From assembly GCA_951406725.2 (NCBI GenBank), contig OX597819.1, forward strand, positions 49,352,001-49,416,000: a stretch of 64,000 bases of DNA, in the 5' to 3' direction. The notes beneath the pieces were generated by a model. The model had not been told where the DNA came from. It did no database searches and saw only the letters and a list, made by a program, of their open reading frames with translations. Positions 1 through 12,722 of the stretch are shown here, in pieces. This stretch comes from Octopus vulgaris (taxonomy: Eukaryota). How positions within the stretch are numbered: the first letter of the stretch is position 1; each line of letters starts with the position of its first letter. Made by a program: the position numbers and the translations under genes.

Positions 1-986
1 TGTGCTTCACCACCTCGTCCCATGTCTTCCTAGGACTACCTCTTCCATAGGTTTCTATTCAACTTTCATGGAGCAGTCTGTAGTAATGTTTCTTTCTTCC
101 CTTGTGCTTTTTTTACTTTTTTCCCTAATAGTAATGCAACTAAGAATCTGATTCCAGAGACCAGTAGAGCTTAAAAATGAAGGAGCAAAGTGAAAATCCA
201 TCTTGCCCTTCTCCTATACCAGCTGCTGTCTGACATGACTTAAAAACACATTAGCTTATCTTCTAGATTTTCTTTAGTATTTTTTACCTCTGATGTTTTT
301 GGTTTTTTTTATCTCAGAGTAGTCTTAAATAGTTCAGCAAATTTATATATTTGCTTAAACTGATGTCACTAAAGCAGTTATGATATGTTGATTACTTCAA
401 CTCTGTTCAAGAAATTAAAACAACAATCCTTACCTGGTGGCAAAATGCAATATTTGTGGAAGGAGATTAGTACCATGATGTCTATCAACAGTGCAGTATC
501 TTAACCATTCTGACAATGATTCATCTGCCAGAACACATCAACTCTTGAAGTCCTGAATGTGTTGTTTCTTTGACTGTTTTACCAATATCTCAAGTCCACA
601 TTTTTCTTTGAATTTTTTTTGTAACCAATGTCACCCAAGCATCTCTTCTAGGTACCAGCTTCTCTTCATCAGCCACACTATATATAATTTATTTAATCCT
701 GTATAGAAAACATCACTAACAGTCTGAACCAGTCTGAAATATCTACTAACACTGGCTTAATGAAGTTGTTGCTATGCAGTCATTCAATTAGTAAGAAATA
801 TCAGCCAAATTTCCTACTGTTTTAGAGAAGAGTTGATGCAACAGATGATATTATAGTCCTAGGTATATAAAAAAGGTATGTTGGTCACGACTGGCATGCC
901 TTTGATCAGATAATTTCTCAGAGGCTGTGAGCAGCAACCTACTATCCTATTAAACTTTAACTTAGATAATATTAAACCCATTAAAG

Positions 987-1375
987 ATGGTGAGCTGGCA
1001 GAATCATTAGCATTCCAGGTGAAATGCTTAGTGGTATTTTGTCTGCCACGACGTTCTAAGTTCAAATTCTACAGAGGTCAAATTTGTCTTTCATCCTTTC
1101 GGGGTTGATAAATTAAGTACTAGTTATGTACTGGGGTCGATATATACCCCTCCCAAAAATTTCAGACCTTGTGCCCATAGAAAAGAATCATAAGCATGTT
1201 GGGCAAAGTGCTCAGTGGCATTTTGTCCATCTCTATATTCTGAGTTCAAATTCCACTGAGGTTCACCTTACCATTCATCCTTTCAGAGTCAATGAAATAA
1301 GTACAAGGGTTGATGTAATTGACTTAACCCCTTCCCACAAATTGCTGGCCTTGTACCAAAATTTGAAACCAATAT
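987..1375 (+). mobile_element. tRNA-derived SINE family B, head-to-tail dimer (diverged)
   Basis: Head GGTGAGCTGGCAGAATCATTAGC, B-box-like AGTTCAAATTC, central TTTCATCCTTTCGGGGTTGATAAATTAAGTAC; second diverged unit from ~1191; matches the copy at 27961-28193. Confidence 0.8.
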
Positions 1376-1969
1376 TAACCCTACTAATCTCACTTACTTT
1401 ACAATGAAATTTTAAAGGGATCTAGAAAGCTAAGGGTACTAATGTTGTCCAGAGCAACAAATAAAAGAATGATAAATCTACCAGCACTCCAACAATTCTG
1501 CCAAGACTTTAATCAGTAAACTAGTACTCTAACCATCGCTAGCCATTGTACATGACACCTGCATCTGTTCAGCATGCAAACAATCCTGCCGTGACTTTTA
1601 TCAAAAGCCCAACAACTTAACCATTCCACCACTGTGTTGTATTACAATGTGCAGAGTTAGTATTTACTAGAAAAAACTGGAGTAGTGCTACATACAAAGC
1701 ATGACAATTTTAAATAGAAATAAAATAAAATATAATAAAAAAACTAACTAAAAAAAAACCAGGTAAATGAAAAGAAACATTTAGAAAGCAGAAATCACAC
1801 TCAGGAAAGTATGTACACAAAGAATTTCTATTTTTGTTGATGATAATCTCAGTAAGACACATTCCTGCACAATCTGGTATAAGCAATGGTAATAACCACA
1901 TGTAGCTTTGCATTTATAGATCACACTATACATATGCTCATAATTATGTTACACACAAATACACAAATA

Positions 1970-1988
1970 ATATATACATATGTATATT

Positions 1989-2046
<58 letters not shown>

Positions 2047-2119
2047 TATATATTTACATATATATATATATGTATATATATAAATATATATATATATATA
2101 CACATATATATATATTTAC

Positions 2120-2170
<51 letters not shown>

Positions 2171-2278
2171 TACATATATATATATACATATATACATATA
2201 TATATATACATATATACATATATATATATATACATATATATATATACATATATACATATATATATATACATATATACA
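1970..2278. repeat. (TA)n/(TACA) compound microsatellite
   Basis: Directly visible. Confidence 0.95.
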
Positions 2279-2648
2279 TCTCTCTATATATAAACGGCAG
2301 TTTGTCTGTGTGTGTTTCTGTGTGTCTGTTAGGTTGTACCCTCACCCTGACCACGGCTTTCAACCGATTCTGATGAAACTTGACACACACATAGCCCAAT
2401 GTCATAATTCAAAACTAACGCAGCGAAAATTTTGAAAAGTTCCCCCAGTTCTGAAAAAAATCGATAAATTCGACATGGGGTCAACAATCAGAAACACAAA
2501 CCACAGACTGTCTAGATGACGCAACTCGACCTTTTTAACTAAAAAAAAATTACCATAATTTTTTTTCCATTTTTTGGCTATAACTCTCTAAAAATGCTTT
2601 ATAGTTATTTCCCTTACAAACCCGAGCAACGCCGGGCGATACTGCTAG
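2279..2648 (+). mobile_element. Non-autonomous Helitron inserted in a (TA)n tract
   Basis: A|TCTCTCTATATATAAA 5' end; subterminal hairpin CCCG-AGCAACGC-CGGG (2621-2636); CTAG|T 3' end; insertion between A and T, no TSD. Confidence 0.85.
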
Positions 2649-2779
2649 TATATATATATACATATATATACATATATATATATATACACATATGTATATA
2701 CATATATATGTATACACACATATACATATATATATATACATATATACATATATATATATACATATATACATATATATAT

Positions 2780-2828
<49 letters not shown>

Positions 2829-2930
2829 TATATACATATATACATATATATATATATACATATATACATATATATACATATATACATATATATATACACA
2901 CATATATACATATATATATATACATATATA

Positions 2931-2963
<33 letters not shown>

Positions 2964-3072
2964 CATATATATATACATATATATATATATACATATACAT
3001 ATATACATATACATATATACATATACATATATACATATACATATATACATATATATATACATATATATATAC

Positions 3073-3112
<40 letters not shown>

Positions 3113-3147
3113 ATACATATATATATACATACATATATATATATACA

Positions 3148-3188
<41 letters not shown>

Positions 3189-3222
3189 ACATATATATAC
3201 ATATATATATACATATATATAT

Positions 3223-3273
<51 letters not shown>

Positions 3274-3290
3274 CATACATATATATATAT

Positions 3291-3352
<62 letters not shown>

Positions 3353-3487
3353 ACATATGTATACACACACTTACACACACACATACATATATAGCACAAT
3401 GCATTCACTACATTACACAAATGAATATTGCTGTGCAGACACATACACACACACACGCACGCGCTTGCGCACGCACACATACACACA

Positions 3488-3528
<41 letters not shown>

Positions 3529-3555
3529 ACACACACATACACACACACTCACTCA
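2649..3555. repeat. Long compound (TA)n/(TACATA)n/(CA)n microsatellite
   Basis: Directly visible; source of the YI/YT/HT-rich pseudo-ORFs. Confidence 0.95.
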
Positions 3556-3645
3556 CAACACAAACAGTTTCTTCATATTCAAGTATTTAAATATTTAAAA
3601 GAAGCTAAAATGGTCTTGAGAAAAGATATGCCTATGGTGTGTGTG

Positions 3646-3682
<37 letters not shown>

Positions 3683-3979
3683 CCAGTGTCCATGTGTGTG
3701 TATGTGTGTGTATGTGAGGGGGAGAGACAGAGACAGGTGGAGAGCTTGGAACAGTACGTCAATAGGAAAAAAAAAATTCAATAATTTCACAAGAAGCTTG
3801 CTTCTGCATAAATTTTTATCTTTTCCATTTTAAATAGCATTAACTGTTCATAAGATATAACATGATTTTGCAACATAAGTATACTTACAGTGTATACCAT
3901 TTCTGAATATATTGTTTCTGTGTATACATTCACACTCATGCACACACATGCACACACATGCACACACACACATATATAA

Positions 3980-4037
<58 letters not shown>

Positions 4038-4336
4038 ATATATGGATATGTATATGGAGAGAAAGAGAGAAATTTGCATGTATGTGTATGTGTATGTGTG
4101 TGTGCGTATGTGTGTGTGTATTTGTGTATGTCTGGAGATAAGATACAGTTTCAAATTCAAACTATCAAGGGAGACTCGTTATCATTAATCTGTCTTATGT
4201 TTGTAAGTAAATTAAGTATAAACATATAAACAAAAACATTGTGGAAACCAAATCAATAATTCAAAGTTAGTCTTTGGGTTTATTTTTTTTTCTACCCAAG
4301 GAATCTCATAGTAAAGATTGTTTGCCAACATAACAT

Positions 4337-4744
4337 GGCAGTCCTGGTTTAGGACTAATGTTGCTGCAATATAGCCCCAGGAGACATCGTCTCCAGCTGG
4401 CTATATGACACGATCTGTGTCCTTATATTTTTGAACAAGGGAATCTAGCATCCCCACTCAGTTCAAAACAATGTCTGTGTATCCTGATTTCTGGGTTATT
4501 TCTCTTCATCCACACAGAATAATTGTTCGGCGAGAGGTGGCACTGCCAAATTCCCATTCAAAATATGTAGTTTCAAAGTGACAACTAGTCACTGATTTAT
4601 AAATTAGAAAATTACTATTTTTAAATCTCACAAAGTGAGATATTATTCGAAAATATAAGGACACAGATCGTGTTGTATAGCCAGCTGGAGACGATGTCTC
4701 CTGGGGCCAAATTGCAGCAACATTAGTCCTAAACCAGGACTGCC
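4337..4744. mobile_element. MITE-like element with ~100-bp terminal inverted repeats
   Basis: GGCAGTCCTGGTTTAGGACTAATGTTGCTGC...GTGTCCTTATATTTT (4337-~4432) is the reverse complement of ~4650-4744 with few mismatches; no clear TSD. Confidence 0.8.
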
Positions 4745-5082
4745 TAAACCAAGCTTGCAAAGAGCTTTAATATGTTGACAACATAACTTGCAAAGCAGAA
4801 TTTGTTAAAATGTTTACGAAGTTCAAAACCTTGAAGCAATGTATAGAGTTAAGAGACTTAAAAATCATCAAGACAAAGACTTCTGTGCTCATGACAAAGA
4901 GTATGAGATTCCAGTGATATTTAAAAAGTGGCTCCCTTTAATATGTAGAAAGAGGTTTGATAGAAATTTGATACATAATACTTACTTACCAATGAGGAGC
5001 ACACATAAGATACAGTGGAATCTCTAGTAGAGTGATAGAGAACCAGGTCATCAGATTTAATAGATGTAAAGGAGTATCTGTG

Positions 5083-5390
5083 GAGGCACATAGCCTAGTG
5101 GTTAGAGCAGTGGACTCACAGTCAAGGGATCGCGGGTTCAAATCTCAAACCGGGCGATGTGTGTGTTTATAAGTGAAATGCCTAAGCTCCACACAGCTCT
5201 GGCAGAAGGTAATGGTGAACTTCTGCTGACTCTTTTGCTGCAACTTTCTCTCACTCTTTCCTCCTGCATCTTGCAGCTCACCTGCAATGGACCAGCGTCC
5301 CATCCAAGTGGTGAACCTATACACCAAGGAAACCGGGAAACTGGCCCTTATGAGATAGGGAGTGGCTCGAGAAGGAACAAACGACAAACA
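5083..5390 (+). mobile_element. tRNA-derived SINE (third family)
   Basis: A-box-like TAGCCTAGTGGTTAGAGC, B-box-like GGGTTCAAATC, 3' part TGGACCAGCGTCCCATCC...GAAACCGGGAAA, ACAA-type tail; related copy at 40388-40665 on minus. Confidence 0.7.
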
Positions 5391-5439
5391 GGAGTATTCA
5401 GCAATGGAAGTATCACAAAATGAAGTCCAATAATATCAC

Positions 5440-5712
5440 AGAAATAGTTTGTGACTTGGTAACTAGGTGGTCTAACTAGTGCAATAAGCAACTGTGGTGT
5501 ATATACTGTAGCTAGAATAAGAACAAGTTGGAAGGAATTTAGGGAGTTGTTACACTGAATGGCAACAAAGCAGACTGCTCTTCATGTAAAGAGCAGACTG
5601 TATGAAGCATGTTTAAGAAGTGTGATGAAACAAGAATAAGACATGATCATTAAATGCGGAAGATCTAAGGGAATTGGCAAGCACTGAGATATGATCCTTT
5701 GAATATGTATTA
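5440..5712 (+). pseudogene. Decayed RTE-clade LINE reverse transcriptase fragment
   Basis: Translates VARIRTSWKEFRELL*MATK...VKSRLYEACLRSVM, resembling the RTE post-RT region RI..GW.KFREL...KGRLY.ACVR; stops and frameshifts. Confidence 0.6.
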
Positions 5713-6158
5713 TTATCCTGCATCAGAGATTTCCAAACTGTGTGACACAACACTTTAATGTGTCACCAATTATCTATAGGTGCGTCATGTAATATAATTA
5801 AATCTGTTCAATTTTTAAAAATGACGTATATATATTTTACAAATAAGTATATATATATATATCAGTCCAACCCATGCTAGCATGGAAAACGGACGTTAAA
5901 CGATGAGGATGATGATGATGATGATGATATATATATACATATATATATATATAATATTTAACTTTTTTATGCTTTTTGGTTAGTTAAAAAAGAATTTTAA
6001 GTTTAAAAATTTTAAAATATAAAAATTAAAATTTATAAATATAAATTTTAAAATTTAAAATTTTAATAATTTAAATTTTAAATTTTAGATTTTATATATA
6101 TATTGTATATTATATTAATTATATTTATTTTTTGTTTTTTATGTTTTGGTTTATGTCT

Positions 6159-6306
6159 AGAGGGCGCACACTCTCCTACCCTGATGTAATCTCCAGGGAT
6201 ACAGGCATCCAGCAACAGGACTTCCGTAATGCTATGATGGACTGTGAAGCTTGGCGTAGCATGGTAAATTCCATAGTCTCGACCACGGTCGAACAATGAT
6301 GATGAT
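6159..6306 (+). mobile_element. RTE-type LINE 3' end with (TGA)n tail
   Basis: RGRTLSYPDVISRDTGIQQQDFRNAMMDCEAWRSMVNSIVSTTVEQ* followed immediately by TGATGATGA. Confidence 0.7.
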
Positions 6307-6631
6307 TAAGTTGACTAATAGTGGTTTTATCTCTAATTTAATATATATATATTACAAAAATGAAGTATATATATATATATTTGAGGCCTGACAACTATGC
6401 ATACAAATAAGCACACAGACTGGTGACATTTACTTCGATAACTTAGATTGGTGTCAGTCATTATCAGCCAAGGCTATGACTAACTTAACAGCACTACCTG
6501 GAAAAGTCTTTTAAGTCATGTTTTGGGACACCATAGACCACTCAAGCAAAGAGCTGTTGGTTGTTGGCTGAGATATATCCAGATGTTGCTGGTTTGTCTG
6601 GTATTTCTTCTTGGGGGAATTTTTCCAGGTA

Positions 6632-7030
6632 CTCTTTTACTTGTTTCAGTCATTTAACTGTGGCCATGCTGGAGCACCACCTTTAGTTGAGCAAATCGAC
6701 CCCAGGAGTTATTCTTTGTAAGCCTAGTACTTATTCTATCGGTCTCTTTTGCCAAACCGCTCAATTACAGGGATGTAAACACACCAGCATTGGTTGTCAA
6801 GCGATGTTGGGGGGACAAACAGAGACACACAAACATACACATACACATATATATATATATACATATATTCGATGGGCTTCTTTCACTTTCCGTCTACCAA
6901 ATCCACTCACAAGGCTTTGATTGGCCCCAGGTTATAGTAGACACTTGCCCAAGGTACTACAAAGTGGGACTGAACCCGGAACCATGTGGTTGGTAAGCAT
7001 GCTACTTACCACACAGCCACTCCTACGCCT
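6632..7030 (-). mobile_element. tRNA-derived SINE family A (CORE-like), full length
   Basis: Reverse complement of GGCGTAGGAGTGGCTGTGTGGTAAG...GGTTCAGTCCCAC...CCTTGGGCAAGTGTC...internal TA/CA tract...GAAACAAGTAAAAGAGT tail. Confidence 0.9.
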
Positions 7031-7083
7031 ACTGTAGGTACTGTTTGAATGTTGTGAGGTCTTTTTCTACTTAAATTACTTTT

Positions 7084-7385
7084 GACTTCAGGAAACATTT
7101 TTTCATGCTGAGAGTTGCTGAAGCATGGAACAAACTGCCGGCATCAGTTGTTAGTTGTCGGAGCACTGCATCCTTCAAAACTTCCATGCTTTCTGAGATT
7201 CGCCAACACTACACCTGATTTTCTCCCCCTCTATACACACACAAGCATGTATCTGACTCATACATTGTTCGCTTTCCAGACATTTTTACATTACTGCATG
7301 TACTTTATATGCACTTTCTGACAAGTTGTGGTGCACCTGAGCACTGTATACAATAATTTCATTATTATCATTATTATATTATTAT
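7084..7385 (+). mobile_element. CR1-type LINE 3' end with (ATT)n tail
   Basis: DFRKHFFMLRVAEAWNKLPASVVSCRSTASFK matches the CR1 ORF2 C-terminal pattern R..FF..RV...WN.LP..VV......FK; UTR then ATTATT tail. Confidence 0.8.
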
Positions 7386-7884
7386 AATGCTGAATAAAAC
7401 AAGACCATTTGAGGGGGGAAAAAAAAAGAAGTTATGTTGCAATGTTCTTATGCGATGTGAACTCAACTTTTGTAGGAGATGTATGGCACAGAGGCCTAAC
7501 CTTGGGTGATTCATAAACTTGATACTGACATCATGTGGATAATATTGGCGGAATATTGTCCACATTGTATAAATAATATAGATCTCACAGTGGCACTGGA
7601 GAGAATAGAGTATCAGCATTTTGAGGGGAGCCCAATAATCAAGGCCTGATAAGCCAATTAATTTTTGTGATTGATCTCTGTAGTGCTTCAATCTTCATTA
7701 TATCTTGTTTTGTGCAAGAAGACCACAAGAGCTGTTGTATTTGAGGTGAGACCTAGAAAATGTGAAGAAGAGATGGATGATGGTTTCATAATGTCACAAA
7801 AAATGTTATTTTTAAAAAGTACATCACCAAAATGAAAATTCGGGATGCTTTGGCCGACATGAGAGGCTGAGAATATATGATCTG

Positions 7885-8260
7885 AAAGAATACCTGGGGT
7901 TTAAAAGGATTTAAAGATATTGGCTGAAGTGTGCAAGTGAATAACTACTTTGATATGGATGAATGATCCAAATAAATGCTTGAAGCAGGGGTTATGGGAT
8001 AGAAACATGTGCTGTCTGTGGAAGGTGCTGACAGCCCAAGAGGAAGACTGGGGAAAATGTAGGAAAGAAGTAGTAGAAGGGTGAGGAAGATGTGGAAAAA
8101 AAGTTGTGGAAGGGTGAGAGGGTCACATCTCAAGCTAGAGAATTTCAGAGAAGGGCTGATGAAAAATTGAGACTGTTGGTAATATGTTTGTTGTACAGAG
8201 GTCTCAATATAACCATGCTAGCTTGGAAAGAAAAAAAACTTTAAAAATCAATGCTGATGA
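7885..8260 (+). mobile_element. Highly decayed RTE LINE 3' region
   Basis: AGAGGAAGAC (RGR)...GAAGTAGTA (EVV)...ATCTCAAG, ending CCATGCTAGCTTGGAAA...GATGAT like other RTE tails in the window. Confidence 0.45.
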
Positions 8261-9180
8261 TAAAATGAACAATAGCTGTTTAGAATTCCAGGACTATATA
8301 ATTCAGCAACCATAATGTTTCTTACAGAGTATATTCTATAAAGAAAACAAACATTTGAAATTGCACAATGAAATTCCTGTCTTAAGCCGTGGCCTTGAAA
8401 CTAAGAACAAATGATAAAGATGAACCCCTAAAACAAATAAAATTGTTCACTTTATCCCTTGACCTAATTCCTAATTTGAGCTATAGTGGAATACCTACCT
8501 GCTTCTAAAATCCCAGCTCCAACTTCTGTTTATTTTAAGAAGAGAAACACTTTTAAAAATCCTATAAACACCACACACATCAAATGACTCCCTAAAACCG
8601 TCTCACACAAAAAACAAATACATTTAAATGGAGGAAGCTGATAAGGCTGATATCCTAAAAAGATTTTAACCTTGTTTTCCCATGGGATTCTTCAGCAGAG
8701 TGTTTTGTTTTTGTTGTTGTTGATATTATTTTTTAGTCTTATCTGAAGTTTGTTAGGTGTCCCTATTTTTCATTTTTTTTTCCTTTGAATAATTTTTACT
8801 CTGCAGTTTTCTATCATTTGAAAAATAAATAATAATATGCTGTCCCTCACCAAAAGAGTTCCTTGTTACGATAAACTGTCTAAGATTTTCTCAAGAAAGT
8901 TGCTCAAAGATTCTGTTTGACTCCAAACATTCATTTGTTCTTTACTCCATTTATTTATTAGAAATGTTTATTTCAAGGAAAACAAATTAAATCTAAGTAA
9001 ACAAATGAAATCTGTTTTGACATTTTCATCAGAAAATAGAATATCACAATTATTATAATATTTCTTGGACGATTTTCTTTTGATATTTGTTCAAGCTTGA
9101 TACTGTAGCATAGCCAAAAGGTATTGTATTGCCATTTACAAAATTCACATTTTAACTCTAAACAAGAATGTCATAAATAT

Positions 9181-9214
9181 GGAAGAGAGAGGAGGGCAGA
9201 GGTGAGAGAGAGGG

Positions 9215-9246
<32 letters not shown>

Positions 9247-9307
9247 AAGAGGAGGGGAGAGGGAGTGAGAGAGAGAGGAGGGTAGTGGGTGGGAGAGAGA
9301 GAGAGAG
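9181..9307. repeat. (GA)n-rich polypurine tract
   Basis: Directly visible. Confidence 0.9.
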
Positions 9308-9456
9308 CTATTTATGAGAATAAGATTGAAAATACTGTATATATTTACAGTATCTTTGAAGATGTAAGTTACTAAAGGTGTCAAAATTACCAACAAATAT
9401 GATTGGAAGTACAAAGGAAAGAATGCATATATACAATATGTGGACATTTTCCAATA

Positions 9457-9490
<34 letters not shown>

Positions 9491-9493
<3 letters not shown>

Positions 9494-9788
9494 ATTTTTC
9501 ACATGCACATTGTTTTTGATTTTGTTGACTACACAAAATAGTAGGGTCAGTTGGGCACTGCCTGTGTGAAAAACAGCATCATGATGTAATTCACTCGGCC
9601 AGAAATTTGGAAATGACATGCTGTACTGTTTGGCATTTGCACTGGAAGCTCTAATGTGAACAGAAAGTGAATACACAGAACAACTGTTGGCTAACCAAAA
9701 CATGTACCAAGAGTGATAAAAATCAATCATCCAGTCAACATCATGGTGTTTGGAGTGATCACTAGTGATGGTGACGTTATGCCTTCAT
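9491..9788 (+). mobile_element. Internally deleted fragment of the maT transposon also found at 41996-42864
   Basis: Aligns by eye to ~42030-42325 (CCAGAAATTTGGAAA; ATGGTGTTTGGAGTGATCACTAGTGATGG = MVFGVITSDG). Confidence 0.85.
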
Positions 9789-9789
9789 G

Positions 9790-10312
9790 GTTTCTGATCT
9801 TAACTGACTGGAAGTGTTATCATGTACATTGTTTTGTCTTGGTATAAAAGATGGGTTACAGCAAATATTCTGCTCAATACCATAGATTTGCTGTCAGTTA
9901 TTTGACCTCAACCAGTTGAGTATTTCCCTTAGTGGCTGACGATATGTGCATCTCTGATCACGAGCAGAAGTAGTGGGGGAGCATCATAGCCATGTGTTGA
10001 GAGGGATTCTTTGGGGTTTGAATAATTCACCTCTGGAAACATGGGTGCTTCGTTCAACATCCTTAAACAACCCTTATTCAGGGACCTTTTGAGTGGGATG
10101 GGTTACTCGACCAGAAGAAAATTGTAACTGGGCCCCACCTGCAAGGTCATTTGCTGTTTATCTTGATATGAAATTACCATGTCGCACACATACGGTTGTG
10201 ATGCATATGCCTGGTGTACCCTTATCAGACAAGTAATTATGATGGGTATACTGGGCCTCATATATTTTACCCCAATGTTACTTTGATGGCATGCACTGCT
10301 CTCTCACTCAAC

Positions 10313-10357
<45 letters not shown>
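9790..10357 (+). mobile_element. Probable non-LTR retrotransposon 3' UTR ending in (AAT)n
   Basis: Higher-GC block abutting the truncated maT copy and ending CTGCTCTCTCACTCAA(CAA)TAATAAT...; clade not determinable. Confidence 0.5.
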
Positions 10358-10358
<1 letters not shown>

Positions 10359-10384
10359 GTGGTGGTGATGATGATGATGATGGT

Positions 10385-10516
10385 GGTTTCAAATTTTGCC
10401 ACAAGGGCAGCAATTTTGGGGGATGGAATGAGTTGATTACATTGACCAACAGTCTTCAACTGGTACTTATTTTATCAACCTTGAAAGAATGAAAGGCAAA
10501 ATCGACCTCAGCGGAA
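10385..10516 (-). mobile_element. SINE family B, 5'-truncated
   Basis: CTGGTACTTATTTTATCAACC...GAAAGGCAAAATCGACCTCAGCGGAAT. Confidence 0.75.
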
Positions 10517-11238
10517 TAATAATAATAATGACGACAACAACAACAACAACAACGACGACGACGACAACAACAACAACAACAACAACAACAATAAGTGATA
10601 TATATATATATATCATAATGTTAAAACAATTACAGTCTTATAAAAAACTCACAATAGAATTCATGTCATGGACGGTATCTCAAGCACAAAACGTAATTGA
10701 AATAATATCACACAGATTAAAGTAGGTATTCATCTCATTACATTTCTAAGTAAGACAGGTGTCATTGTTGTCATTTAGACCCTGATCAACCCTGATCAGG
10801 CACTAATAATTAACAGCTTTTCTTTCCAGAACAATCCTGTCCTTTAATCTAATGTGTACTTTCACTTTTCAAGATGGCAGGTTGTGAATGCAGGAGAGAT
10901 GCCTTCTATTTCTAGCAAATGTAACAGCCATGTAATAGCTCCTTTGTTCATTCATAAAAGATAATAGGTAATTGGGGTTGATGAAAACAGCAGAACAAAC
11001 TGGAATCTTTAAAATATTTAGCACTGGTGAGAGTTAACTTTGTTTTAATTCTTCTCCTCCACCCCTCCACCCCTCCTCCTCCTCCTCCTCCTCCTTAACA
11101 ATACACAGGTGCTGAATCAATTGGTTGTGTACTACTTTCTTTGCAGAATTAGTTTCGTGTCTAATCTAAAAAACAACAATAAACTGTTCTGAGGTGTTCC
11201 TGTGGATTTTTGCAAACGTGGTTATTTTGATAGAAGCA

Positions 11239-11273
<35 letters not shown>

Positions 11274-11694
11274 GAACGTTCACACACACATATGGACACA
11301 CACACACGTGAGCATGCACACATGCACATGCACACGCACACGCACACATACACAAACACACACAGACATACACACACACAGATTTTCACACACATTCAAA
11401 AAATATAAAGTGATTGCTGCTAGGGAGGCCAGTAATCAGTTAAGCCTCTTTTTGATTATTCATGCTTAACTATATAACATGTTCATTATACAAAGATCAC
11501 TGATCTATATACACTGTTAAATTGCAGTTTTGTCATAATGCCAGACAAAACTCTTTAACCAAAATCAGCAGAAGAGGAAATTTTAAAGGAGATGATTATA
11601 CAAACAAAAAAACAAATTATTGACATTGTGAAATCATTTTGGCTGAGACACACATTAAATTTTTTTTCTTTTTTTGCTTCTTATTATCTAATCT

Positions 11695-11920
11695 TTTACC
11701 TTTTATCTATTCCAGTCATTAGATTGTGACCTTACTAGAGCACCACCTTGAATTATTAATCGAATAAACCGACCCCAGAACTTATTTATTATTATTTCTT
11801 TTTAAGCCTAGTATCTATTCTGTCGGTTTGTTTTGGTGAATTGTTAAGTTACAGATATATAAACACACCAACAGCAGTTGTCAAATAGTGGGACAAGGAA
11901 GAAACACGGACACACACATT
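11695..11920 (-). mobile_element. SINE family A, 3' half, diverged
   Basis: CAGTCATTAGATTGTGACC...AAGCCTAGTATCTATTCTGTCGG...AAACACACCAAC. Confidence 0.7.
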
Positions 11921-11921
11921 G

Positions 11922-11966
<45 letters not shown>

Positions 11967-12148
11967 AGAAACAAATTAAAAATAATGGTCATTATATATT
12001 ATTCTTTATTGGAACAAATTTGGCATACAGCTGTTTCTAGTAGTAATTATAGGTACATTACTGACAGGTTTATTCAACTGGTCTATTGATCAATTGAGGC
12101 AAATTGAGTGACACAAGTAAGTTAATGCTACTTTCATCATATGTATAT

Positions 12149-12620
12149 ATCATCATCATCGTCGTCCTCATCATCATCATTTAATGCCTGCTGTCCATAT
12201 TGGCATGGGTTGGACGGTTTGACTGGGGCTGGCATGCTGGAAGGCTGCACAAGACTCCAGTCTTATTTGGCATGGTTTTCTATGGCTGGATGCCCTTCCA
12301 AATGCCAACCACTCTGAGAGTATAATGGGTGTTTTTACATGCTATTAGCATGGGTGCCAATTTGTGTGACACCAGTATCTGCTATGACTGCGATTTTGCT
12401 TGGCTTGATGGGTCTTCTCAAGCACAACATAATGCCAAAGGTCTTGGTCATTGCCTCCATGAGGCCCAACACTCGAGAGGAACTCAGCCACTATGTCTCC
12501 ATGAGGTCCAATGCTCGAAAGGTGTTCTTTACGTGCCACTGGCATGACTGCCAGTTACATGACACCAGCATCAGCCACGACTACGATTTCACTTGGTTTG
12601 ATGGGTCCTCTCAAGCACAG
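12149..12620 (-). mobile_element. RTE LINE ORF end + 3' UTR with (GAT)n tail
   Basis: Minus strand encodes ...DLWHYVVLEKTHQAK (RTE C-terminus); plus strand begins CATCATCAT...TTAATGCCTGCTGTCCATATTGGCATGGGTTGGACGG. Confidence 0.75.
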
Positions 12621-12639
12621 CATATTGAAATATTTATAT

Positions 12640-12722
<83 letters not shown>

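Noticed and set aside
434-698. Minus-strand exon between TTTTCTATACAG and CAG|GTAAGG
   Set aside because: Stops in all three frames; splice-like motifs alone are expected by chance in AT-rich DNA
2365-2390. CTGATGAAAC as a hammerhead core
   Set aside because: No stem II between the boxes; it is the Helitron subterminal motif
1886-4229. Long ORFs up to 341 aa (YIYI/HTHT/VCVC)
   Set aside because: Translations of stop-free microsatellites; the same applies near 14.7, 35.8, 41.8, 58.7 and 61-62 kb
5083-5160. tRNA gene
   Set aside because: A/B boxes present but no complete cloverleaf, and it runs into a SINE body
5990-6130. Almost pure A/T quasi-palindromic tract
   Set aside because: Low-complexity sequence; no specific structure or function can be inferred
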